Positions 10,595 through 22,330 of a stretch of 64,000 bases of DNA are shown in pieces; within the stretch, counting starts at the first letter, position 1; each line of letters starts with the position of its first letter. Below the pieces are notes generated by a model that saw only the letters and a list, made by a program, of their open reading frames with translations, was not told where the DNA came from and did no database searches. The stretch spans positions 62,001 through 126,000 of the forward strand of contig MU619317.1 in assembly GCA_025201805.1 (NCBI GenBank), written 5' to 3'. The position numbers were made by a program, and so were the translations under genes. This DNA comes from Parasitella parasitica NRRL 2501 (Eukaryota; Fungi; Mucoromycota).

Positions 10595-13263
10595 TACTCA
10601 CATCCAGAAGCTCTCCGATAAGAAACGCTTGAAAAAGGAACAAAAAGCTAACGGTGAGATCGACTTGAACGAAGATTCTGAAAATGACGACGAGTCAGAA
10701 GAAGAATTCGAGAGTGATACTGGTGAAGATTATGTTGATCTTGATCAGATGCTTGCAGGAGGCAACACTGACGATGAAACAAATGTGAAAATTAACAAAG
10801 AAGAGGGCCATGATGATGACGATGACGACGAAGAGGACGAGGAAGAATTCCGTGGTTTCGACAACATTAATGATAGCGACGAAAGCGACGAGGACATGGA
10901 TTTGAATGATGATACGGTTGCTGACCTAATCAGCAGTCTGGACTCCAAGAAACGCAGACGTGCTGATGAGGATGGCAATGCCAAAAAACGTCAATTAAAA
11001 GAAAGAAGCGAGGCTTATCAAGAGAGCGAATTCAACTTGGCTGCTCGAGACCAAGACGATTCATCTAAAAAGCTCAGCCTTGCCGATTTGATGGGAACTG
11101 TGGATGATGAAGCCTCTTTTGGAGCATTAAAATCCGGCCTTGAAAGCTTGGCTGGCAAGGGCAAAAATTTGACTCGACGTGCTTTGGATGCTCCCCTGCC
11201 CAAGCGTGTACAAGATCGTATGGATCGTCAAGCGGCTTCAAAAACTGCCACGGAAGAAATCTCTAAATGGCAGGCTACGGTCAAGATGAATCGCGAAGCC
11301 GAACATCTCGCTTTCCCTATGCAAGATACATCTGTGACACCCAAGGAAAATCGTACCAGCGCTGCCATGGCTAGTAAGTTCAAGGCCGAAACTCCTTTGG
11401 AAAAGCAGATCCAGGATGCCCTCGCGCAAGCTGGAATGAAGGATGAGGAGTTGGAGGAATTCGAAGCTCTCAAGCTGAACAAACTGACTGTTGAGCAGAT
11501 GGAAGAAAAACGCAAGGAGCTTCGCATGATGCGTGAGTTGATGTTCCGTCATGAAATCAAGAACAAACGCTTTAAAAAGATCAAGAGTAAGAGCTACAGA
11601 AAGCTGCAACGTAAAGAAAAGGATAGATTGGCGCTTCAAATGAAAGACATGCCCGAAATCGATCATGAAATGGAGGACAGTGAAAAGATGGATGCGGCTA
11701 TGAGTAGAGCTGAAGAACGCATGACTTTGAAGCATAAAAATACCAGTAAATGGGCCAAACGTGCCTTGGCTCGTGGCACGCAAGATGAGGGTACTCGTGA
11801 TGCCATTATGGAACAGCTGCGTCGTGGCGAAGAGCTTCGTCGTAGAATCGATGGTGACGATTCAGACGATGAAGATAGTGACGAGCAGCTGGAGGACGAT
11901 GAAGCCTATGTAAAAAACCAGTTGAAGAAATTGCATGACGAGATTTCTCAAGATACCCCACCTACCAAGGGTTTACTTGGTATGAAATTCATGCAAGAGG
12001 CTGCGAACCGTCAGTTGGAAGCTACTAAGCAAGATGCCGAAGCATTGGAAAAAGAGTGGCTTGCTGCTGATAGTGATGACGATCAGATTGGAAAGAAGGA
12101 GGAGCATTTTACTGTAGTGGCTAATAACCCTGGTCGTATGGCGTTTGGCGCAAAAGCCAAGCAAATCAAGAATTCTAGTCGTAGTAAAAGCAATGAAACC
12201 GATGTTGACGAGGATGGCGTTACCGAAGAAAAGGAGGAGCCCACTAGCAAAATTATCGTCAATAACGCTGGCCAAATAAAAAAGATCTCACATTCAGCAG
12301 CACACAACACGCGTACATCTGCTCCCATCAGTATAAAGAACAAGAGCCCATTAGCTGATTTAGATGCTGGAAATGACGCTCTCAATCCCTGGCTTCAAGC
12401 CGACACCTCTAACCTGTCAAAAAAAGCCTCCAAAAAGAACAATGTTATTTCCGGCCAAACTGAGTCTCGTGCTGACCATAGTATTTCGAAAATGAACAAA
12501 ACAAAGAGAGATAAGCAACAAGCAAACGATACAACAGAGGATGTGGAAATCGATTTAACAAAAGTCATGTCCATCAAAGCGTCTACAAATACAGCAGTCA
12601 AAACAACCAAGAAGAATATGTCTATAGCCAAAGCAAAGCTTGCAAAAGGAGATTCTGATTCTGAGCTGGATAGCAACGAGAAGGACGATAGTGATGCTGA
12701 ACAAGTTGGCCAAAAGATGGTCCATAAAGATAAAGTGAGCTTCAGCCAGCGCGAACTCGTAGCAAGAGCTTTCGCCAATGACGATGTTGTAACTGAATTC
12801 AAAGACGAAAAGATGGCTGAAGTTGAAGAAGATGGTGATAAAATTGAAGATTTAACATTGCCAGGCTGGGGAAGTTGGGCTGGTGCTGGCGTTAAAAAAA
12901 ATAAGAACAAGAAAAAAATCCTCAAGGTTACAAAAGGCATTGATGCCGACAAAAGAAAAGATGCTAAGCTTGCACATGTTATTATCAACGAGAAGCTCAA
13001 CAAGAAGGTAAACATTGCATATCGTAGTAAAAATCATATTTTTTTTTTTTTTTTTAACCCTCTTCTTTGTCTATTAGGCTGAAAAATATCGCGCCACATC
13101 TGTGCCTTTCCCTTTCAAAACCATGGAACAGTACGAGAGATCTATTAGTACACCTATGGGCAGTGAATGGAATACTCGTCAAACATTCATGAAGCTGACC
13201 AAGCCCAAGGTCATTACTAAACTTGGCAGAGTTATTGACCCACTTAAGGCACCTTTTGCATAA
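10254..13263 (+). CDS. UTP14: U3 snoRNP / SSU processome protein Utp14
   Basis: LDAPLPKRVQDR, RAEERMTLKHKNTSKWAK, TLPGWGSWAGAG, RKDAKLAHVIINEK and last exon VPFPFKTMEQYERS...PMGSEWNT. Two introns. Confidence 0.96.
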
Positions 13264-14055
13264 AGACTGTTACTGCCATCTACATAATAATCAGCAAGCA
13301 TGTAAAATAAAAATAAAAAAAGTAGAAGCTGGTATTATTGTAAAAATCGGAAATTACCTACTTATAAATGTGGTATCATACATTTATCAGCAGCATTGAA
13401 TTCTGATAGTGTATGCGCAAGAAATCGAGAAAAAACAACCCGGATATGGGTAATTTCTAAATATCACACACCATTATTTCAGAACATTTGATAAAAGTTG
13501 TCATTTATAAATATATTTTGTTCAATGCTGTTAATTTACTCAAAAAAAAATAGTTACTTTTGCAAGCAAGTCCTGATGTATGCTTCACCCATTGGAAGTA
13601 AAGTATATATCAGTTAGCCCTGATCATGACGGTATCAGACAAGTATAAAACATGGCTTGATTCATTCTTTATGCAAAGGTATTGGCATTTATATGCATTT
13701 TTATGTATAAAAATTGGTGTTTTCTGTTCCCAACTTCATGTGTAGACATACAATGGGGAAAAAGATATGTATCAACAAATGAAACTGACTCCAGGATACG
13801 ATGATAAGAATGTCTGGTCTAGATATGTGGTGTCTTTAGCCAAAGTTATCGACTAAACTACCATTTATCGCAGTGGCAAAGCGTGAAGGTAAGAGATGGC
13901 ACATTGTCATTAAAAAGAAGTATGATTATATTTTTCAAAGAAGTCGTCATTATCATGCGTAGTGTGTTGTGAGATTTAGCATCTTTGCTTCGTGAAGCGG
14001 TGCAGACCTGCTCGTTTTTTGTACAATATAATGAATTTATGCCCTAAAATCATTT

Positions 14056-14211
14056 TACTTGCTAAATGATGCCATCTTTTAACTGTTTTTTGAAAACACA
14101 AACAGACTGGACTATATGCACCATAACGAATGGTTATTGTGACGAACCTGATAAAGGCGTAGCAGGCAATCAATTTCTTGTAGTGTAGCCAAGGGTTTCG
14201 ACCCTGTTGCA
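14056..14211 (+). ncRNA. Candidate U1-like (variant) Sm-class snRNA or U1 pseudogene
   Basis: Sm-like site and following bases AATTTCTTGTAGTG (14172-14185). 3' stem-loop TGTAGC-CA-AGGGT-TTCG-ACCCT-GTTGCA. Closing helix TGATGCC/GGCAATCA enclosing three hairpins. 5' TACTTGC. Length is U1-like, but the canonical U1-70K and U1A loops are not intact. Confidence 0.4.
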
Positions 14212-14625
14212 ATACCAACCTTCATATATATATATAGATTGCATGAAGCAAAGGACTTTTTTTTTAACAAAAAAAAAGGAGAATGTTTAATGTAGATATA
14301 ATAGTAGTGATTGCAAATGTTGGTTTTTTTGTATCTTTATTTGTGTAATTTAAAAAGACAAAAGAAATCAAGGCATTTTGTACAACACTGTGCTAGTTAA
14401 ATACGTGAGATATATTCAGTTTTTTTTTTTATCAATGAGAGGGTAAAATAAAAATAAAAATATATTAGAAATTACATGTTACATTGGGAAAAAGAGGAAA
14501 TGTATACATCAAGATATATATTGCATGCGAAAGAAAAGAATAAAAAAAAAAAAGGACTTTATATAATACAATAGTGAGCGAGCGAGACAAAGAGAGATGA
14601 AAACAGGGCAAGGAAACAAAAGCTA

Positions 14626-16540
14626 TTATGAACGAGAGGAGGGAGCGGGAACTCTGGCAATCATATCCCTTAAAATATGTCGAAGATATGTCTTGTATAT
14701 TCCTACAGCACTTGGTGGTAATCGAGTACACACAACACCATATTGTTCTGCTTCTAGCCATTTTTGAACGTATATATCGTATTGTCTAAAGAATTCTTGA
14801 TGAACGTATTGTAAAGTGTCCTTTACAACAGGGAATAATGAAACAGACCACACAGGACTATCTCTTTGGCTTGTTACTTCGATAATATTATCGATTTGGT
14901 CTACTGGCCACATCCGAGTTTCATCATCTAGTATAAGAGGTAATTGGAATGATGAACCAAGTGACCTATCTTTGATGGCACAAAAACTATACAAGGCTAA
15001 CAGGTCCTTTGGTGGTCTACCTTTATCTGGAGATCGCTTGATATAATCATGCTCACTACGTGCAGAATAATTAATGCCTCTGATACGGACACCCTGAGGA
15101 TCTAATACTTTGACAACATTCTCTACATAAGTTTCATCACTATTGTAATATGTATTAGGGAGAGGTTCTTTTTTTACAACTGAAAAGGAGAACTTACCCT
15201 AAGGAACAGACAGAAATATCGAAAAATTGTTGAGCCCATTCGAGAAATTCATGCACTCCTTCCGTAAGTACGACTCTTCTTCCATCTTTCAATACTGCAA
15301 CTCGATCTCTGCACTTGGGAATATCAGCTTCAGGTACATGTCGTTCGTTTCCTTCGCCAACAATACGAACAAGAGTATCATCTAGATCAAGGACCAAAGG
15401 TAATTTTCTACAGTGAAGGAGTTCATTCATAGAATCTTTCACGATACGAATCATGTCTTCGTGTTTAACTAGATAACCAAATAGAAATCTGATGAATGGT
15501 TAGCAGTCGGATCGTACAAGTCATGAAAATACGTACTGTTTATCTCTAGATGGTTTCAAATGTAGCTCGTATAATTCACCATCTTCAGTGCGCATAGCGA
15601 CATAGGCACTCTTTCTAAGACCATATAAATCTTCAAACCATGGATGATCAGGCAGCTCAAACACAAAGTTATGCTGTATTTGTCTCTTTGCCATCATAAC
15701 AAAGAAACCGCGAGGATAAGCACCTTGAATCTCATACACGTCTTCCAACAAAACTTTGGGCTCATCGCCGCGAATGATTACCTCAATAGTTTTAAGCTGA
15801 CATTCCAAATTGTCAACATCATCTTTGCCATTTACTCTACGGCCAACGGGGCGCAGAGTTAAGGGCTGGTCCTTCATGACAAAATTAAGTGATAGTTTAG
15901 GGCACCAAATACCAGGATTTGCTTTGAGCGAGGGATTCAAATGGGGGCACTTGGTACTGTTGGACGCTGAAGGAGTTACTATATAAATGTGATTAATAAA
16001 AAATACATAATGACAATGACAATGACAATGAAAATGAAAACGAAAATCTAATAGAATTTTACCATTAATCTTGAGGTTGGAATTGGTCTCTGTCTCGGGT
16101 CTGAAAGGAGAAGAAAACACGCCATTGGGCTTATTTGTAGAGGTATTGTGGGAAGGCAGTATCTGGTGACCAGCATTAGTAGGGTTGGAAATAGTGCTTT
16201 TTCCGACTGAATATTGTAAAGATGTGTAGATTTGCTGAACCAGCTAAATTTTTTTTTTAGAGAATTAATTGTTTAGGAAAACTCCTTTTTTGTTTGTGTC
16301 ACTTACCGCTTTTTCCTTTGATTGAGGGTGAACAGCAACAGGGCGAGTGGTGGTACTGGTTTTACTTGTAGTATCGAGAGTGTTAGATGGGGATTGGCGA
16401 GGAACAGAAGAAGCAGGTACGCTAGCGTTTTGTACTCGCTTTGGAGGAGGCATTGGCTGAGGACGGTAATTTGAGTTTGACATTGAGTAATCTCGTTTTT
16501 TGGATGGCATTGAGCCATTAAGCATACTGGACAGATCCAT
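14626..16540 (-). CDS. Fcp1-like (NIF/HAD) CTD phosphatase-family protein, no BRCT domain seen
   Basis: RKLPLVLDLDDTLV (DxDxT motif), GVHEFLEWAQQFFDISVCSLG...YVENVVKVLDP and PLILDDETRMW (motif IV). Four GT-AG introns. Confidence 0.8.
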
Positions 16541-16877
16541 GTCGGGGCGTTATTGGGGATGTGTGTAGGGGGTGTATCACGTGACTATCAGCGGATTTTA
16601 AATTGTGAGGGGGAGGCGGCGAAATCAAATTGATGAAGATCAATAAAACTAATATTGAGATCCGGAAAGAAAACGGTGGTTATTAAAAACAAGATGGATC
16701 TCTCTTTTATAGTCGTGTCGATCGCCTATTTAAATATTTACACATCCAATCACCCTCACGATATTTTCTTCCAACAGGAGGTGAAAAAAAAAAAAAAAAA
16801 AACCATTCAGAAGGGGAGGGGGTGGATTTCAAAAAAGAAGAGAAGAGATTCTTCTCTTTTGCATGGGCATCTTTTTA

Positions 16878-19577
16878 TTATGTGGAATAACCTCGACATA
16901 ATTTTTTAATAGCTCTTTCATACATCAATGGAGAATGGTCCATAAACATGGTTCGACTGAACACAATTTCAGAAAATCTAGCTTGAACATCTTCACATCT
17001 TGAAAGAGCAACTTTATGTTGTTGTCTAACGTGTGGAATTGTTTCTATTAAATAAACTGTGCTTGGAGGATACATTTTTTCTGCAGTCATATCAGCTCTC
17101 ATGGTTTTGATCATTGCCCAGAACCACTGGTCATCATCGTTGAATTCATCTTGTGTATTATCTTTTGGTTGTTCTTGCTCTTTTTTTCTTTTCTGGAGTA
17201 TGCCAACAGCGCGAGAAATAATCTCTTCAGCGACGTCAGCCTCTGCATATAAACTTGTAGCTACATTTTTGAAATCTTTCAAGAGCCCCAAACTAAGGCT
17301 ACTTACAATATCATTGCCATGAACAACACTAGTAACTAGCCCAGTGCAATAATGGCTTAATTCAAGCGACATCACTCCTGGCGGTCCATAAGCGTAGCAA
17401 TGGATAGGCCTTCCGGCTGGTAATCCAGATTGATCCGACGTAACAAACTTGCTGCAATGTTTGCTGGTATTTGCCTTTAGAATCAGCTCAGCGCCATTCA
17501 TCTTTTGGCTCCAAAGCACGCATAGTAAACTCGCTACACCGCCTCCTAAGCTATGTCCACACATTACCAAGCTGTAATCCGGGTATTTAACAAGGCCTTG
17601 ACGTATCTTTTGGTATACCTTTCCTTTTTCTTTGGCTAATAACTGAGCAGCATCTAGCATGCCACTATGTGCCTTGAACATGGAATTCTTGTCAGTAGGA
17701 AGATTAAATTCAGTGTAATCAAAGCTGAGATCAGTCAGTATATCACTGAGACCTAGTGTGCCACGGCATGTGAGGACGATCGCTTTTGCAGCATGATCTA
17801 CTGTCACGTAATGAACCAATGCATGAATAGAAGGATTATGTAGATGTAACGGTGATCTATCTGTATAGCTGGACAGCAATATATCCTCTACAGAATTGCC
17901 GGTGTGATGAGCAAAAGCGTGATGATTTGGATGGTGATGATGAGAGCTGGGTAAAACTGTAGGTATATCTCCAATACCTAAAATACGCATAAATGATTCG
18001 CCATATGCTGCGCTAGCATACTTCATGTAATGAGCGATATTTTTTATAATATCTGTTGATTCATTTTGCGCGTTTTTGTTATTTGTGGTCGTCATGGAAA
18101 GTTTCTTGGAAGACATAGAGCAGAAACTGGATATGGAGCTTGATCTACTTTGTCTCATCATGATAAGACTGCTGTTGCTGGATGCATGTCGTTGCTTTAT
18201 GGTTAAATCAGATGTCGAATAGTTGTATTTCCTTGACGAGTAAGAATCTTGTTCTTTTTGCTGATAACAAAATTGGCCATCATCTGGAGAAGAGAATCTA
18301 CGTTTATGATGATAGTTTGGCTTTTCTATTGATGAGGGTGATAGATCAAAGTTCTCTTCTTGTCTTTCCACCTTACGCTTTCTGCGTTTTTCTGATAATG
18401 TAGATAATATAAACTTTGGTGGTTCTCTGGCTGAATTGTCCGCCAATGCTAGATACGAGCCGTTTTCTTCTTCGTTTGTTTTGACTATGATGCGCTTACT
18501 GAAAGTCGAATCGAGAGGACAGATGGTTGTTGTTTTGGTGGTGGTGCAGGTAGTTTTTGTTGTAACCCTGTATCCATTCTGCATGTACGTAATCAACGAT
18601 GATTCTCTTTCGTTTCCATTCTTTTCTGGATGTTTTCGTAACGCATTTAGTTCTTGAATAATAACGGCACTGTCTTCTTTTTCTTGCTGCTTGTTATTGT
18701 TTTTAAACTGAAGTAGTTTGTTTTTTTGTTGGTATTTCTCTTCTACTTCATCTTTCTCGTCCGTGACTAATCCCTCCCACAGAACTGTCATGGGAATTTG
18801 TTTCATCATTCGTTTATGCGTGACATTTTGTAGAACGGCGAACGCAGTCAAAGCCTTTGTCAAACCCTTTAATATAGCCAACTTTCCAGCTTTTGCTAAT
18901 CCAAAGTCTGGATCTTGAACTAATTCACGGTGGACTAGGGCTATGATAGATGCTATAGCGCGCGATGTATCGTTTGATCCAAAAATGCCATCAATTATCC
19001 GTACTGACTCCTCAGCTGCCTACATTAGGAAAATGAGTGGGGTTACCATGGTAATGTGAGCCTTTTATTTACTTTTAAGCTGGATTGGATTGTTCTTGAT
19101 GTAAACTGCAATCCTGTCATAGCAAAAAGCTCGGCCAAGGAAAACGTATGGCTGACAAGATACAATCCCATGTTGGTATATTTTTCAAGCACTTGAACGA
19201 ATAAACTACCAAAAGTCAGCATTAGTTTGTTTGTATTGTAGAGGTTATTTGATTAATTACCTTTCTTCCAATTTCTCATGTACAATGCTTGTGCTTGATG
19301 CAATTTTGCTTTGTGTATTTGTGTGCAAACTTCTTGCGGTGGAAAGAGCATTTGTTAATGCATCTTTAGATAATCCCAACGAGATCGAAGTGCCATATTT
19401 GGCAGCATCAAATACGGCATCAAAAAATATAGATGAGCATCGCAACGATATTCTCGTTGCAAATGACACCGCTGTGACCATGTTAGCCACATTTCCTGAA
19501 AGTAATGTTCCATCTGTAGCATGATTTATGTCATGAATACTACTGGTGGCAGTTGATGATGTTAGTTGTCCTGCCAT
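16878..19577 (-). CDS. Class 3 lipase / diacylglycerol lipase-like protein
   Basis: YMKYASAAYG, AIVLTCRGTLGLSDILTDL, AHSGM, nucleophile elbow GHSLGGG, CYAYGPP, DIVSSLS and MFMDH. Two 5' introns. Confidence 0.9.
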
Positions 19578-21559
19578 TATGAAATCAAAAGTGTATTAGG
19601 GAGAGAAAAAAAAAGAGTGAGAGAAAGAAAAGTGAAAGATAGAGGAGAATTAATACGATCTGCAAAGAATTAGTTGTGTATGCTGGAAAATACATGTATT
19701 CACAAATACCCCATTTTTTATTGTACATTGTAGATTCAGATAGCTTGGCTAGAGTCACATGTGGTAGCCTTCTTCGGCTCTTTGATGTACGATTCTACGG
19801 CTTTATGTCATGTGTAATTTATATTTTTTCGCCCACATAAATCGCATCATTCGCAATCTCCTTCATTTCATGTTTTATTATCTTGATTACGGTATATATA
19901 TCATACTCAGGGATTCATTTAGAGAAGTAAACAAATACCTGTGTAAATAGTGCATATATGTGGGGTAGGACGTAGCAAACAACAGCTTTTGGGTAACCTG
20001 ATTATGCTGTTTGTATTATGTACTTTGGACTAATCTGCTTTTATGTACGAAATATAAGCCTCATCTGCATTTGTATGGTGCTTTTTATGTGCCTGATTCA
20101 ATTGCAAAATCCTGCCCCCAGATAATTTTTTGTTGCTGCACATTACACATTATTATTTGTTTATGGCAATTTGCTCATTTACGCTCAAAGCGCATTTTTG
20201 AAGATGCTGCCCCCCTTGAAATTTTAATAACTTGGCATATAAATTACAGTCTATTGTATCATATTGTGCCTCTCTCCCTGTCAATTTTAAATATGAATCG
20301 AGTGCTAATGTAGCAAGACGACAGGAAGGAAAAAGAGGAAGAAGAAATTTTTAAATAGAAAGAGAAGGGTATTTATTAATTAAGAGAGCAAAGAATACAA
20401 AAAAAAAAAAAAAAAAAAAAAAAATATATATATTTGTTTGGTACACTAAAACTCATGACTTGATTTGTATAGGACACAAGAGCATAAGTACCCATATGGT
20501 AAACGACATAAAGATGTGAATGGCCACAAGACATTTTACCTCATTTCAACCCCACGAAGAAAGAGTTGCATCATTTAAATACAAGCGTTATTATGTAAGA
20601 AGTGTAAGAGTACTAAAAAAAAAAAAAAGTGGAATAATATATCTGTTTCCGGTTTGCTTTACAAAAGCAGCCCTCATTATTTACCACACTCATGACAAAG
20701 GTTGCTCTTAGAAAAATGCGAGATACCATATGAGCAGCTAATGCTAAAATATAGCCGGAATTCACTTTCTAGATCTCGCTGTCGTTGGCATCATACTGAC
20801 ATCAAATACAGATTCACTCACAAATATACTGCTGCTTACATTTTGAAAATTTTCAAATCAAAAGGCGGATTTTGCACCACAGATGGTTAATACAATTTAC
20901 GGCCAGTTAAAACCAAAGGTAATGTTAAGTTATATAGTAAGCAGCCCGTCTAACAAGGAGGAGAAATTTAAAAGAATATATAACTGAGCTCTACAGTTAA
21001 ATAACGGATAGTAAGATAACATCCCATTGTAAAGAATATGTTTTCTCATCGCTGCCGTACACAGCATCAGCTAACCCCTCTTCGGGGTTGCTTTTCTTTG
21101 GTTTTTTACTGTGTTTTGCAAACCTTATTTATTCTATCTTTCGTGCTGTTCCCTGCATCCTCCAGAATTGAAACCGGATCGTCAATCATGTTATAATTAG
21201 AATAAGCCAGCAGATGTTACTAAAAGGACATTTGTTGGTATGATTATATTTCGCAACTTCCCCATCACAAATTATGATTTCTTAAACTATGCAGCATCTG
21301 ATATACTCCATGGCTCACTCTATAGCTCAGCTTACCTGCGCCTCGTTACATGTTAATAGTCTCAAGACATTTGCTAATATGGATCAAGACTTATAATGTT
21401 ATTACTGTTAATTTATTTTCTTCAATTTGCTAATGACCATCTTGATGCAATCTGTTTAATCTTTTGTATAAATTATATTATAGGTGCTTAAGGTTTGGTG
21501 TATTCTTGGGAATTTAATGTTACTGAAATTGGGTATTCATCATCTTCTTTTAAGTAAGC

Positions 21560-22330
21560 ATCAAGTCATTGGCTATCGTTTTGTTCTTCATTAATTACTG
21601 GTGATATCATCATATTTTTTACATTTAATATTTGTTGTTTAGTTGCCAGACTTGAACAAAAACAAGGAGGACTTCAGCACCAAACTTCTTTACATTTGAA
21701 AAGATACGTATCTCTTTTCCTTGTAATATTTTTGTTATATGTCTATATGGCCGATCAACAGTAATCAGTTGTATAGTTAAGCGGGAATGGCCTATGCCAA
21801 ATGCTTTCATTCCTCTAAAATCCTCGATGCCTACTATCTGGCATTTTAACACTAATCGAGTTCGAGTGCAGATCCGTAGATTGTGGTATATACTGATGGG
21901 AGGAGTATATATCCTTCCTGATCTAGTTTTACGGTCTGGCCTCTTTGATCTACTTCATTGTTCATTTTCGTATTCAATAGTACATTTTTCTGATAGGTAG
22001 AGTTTCTCTTCAATCAGCATGGATTCATTTTGAGCCGGTAAACTATCCAGAACCATTGGTAATTTAATATACCCTTCCGTAATTAATTTGATTCCTTTTC
22101 GTTTATGCGTTTATGACGAATTCCCACTTCGCCTGTTCCGTACTCTAGACGCTCTTAAAACACTATGCTTCAAATATGTCTGATCGTCAACGTCAATGAT
22201 AAAATAATTCGATGGATGACCTACTATTGAATTTTTGCTAAAATTATATAAAGCTTCTTGCACTATCTATTCAGTTGAAAACACCCCGTATGTGAAAAAC
22301 TTTTCTCCAATGCAAGATGGTTTGTGGGTT
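21560..22330 (-). pseudogene. Decayed copy of a Mucoromycota multicopy (probably PD-(D/E)XK nuclease-like) gene family
   Basis: Minus-strand fragments VFSTE*IVQEALYNFSKNSIVGHPSNYFIIDVDD, LEYGTGEVG, KLITEGYIKLPMVL and GIGHSRLTIQLITVDRPYRHITKI occur in the order I recall for this family, interrupted by stops, frameshifts and an internal deletion. Confidence 0.55.

Noticed and set aside
14039-14050. ATGCCCTAAAAT resembles the U12 snRNA 5' end
   Set aside because: The branch-pairing GUAAGGA segment is missing, and the downstream structure fits U1 better.
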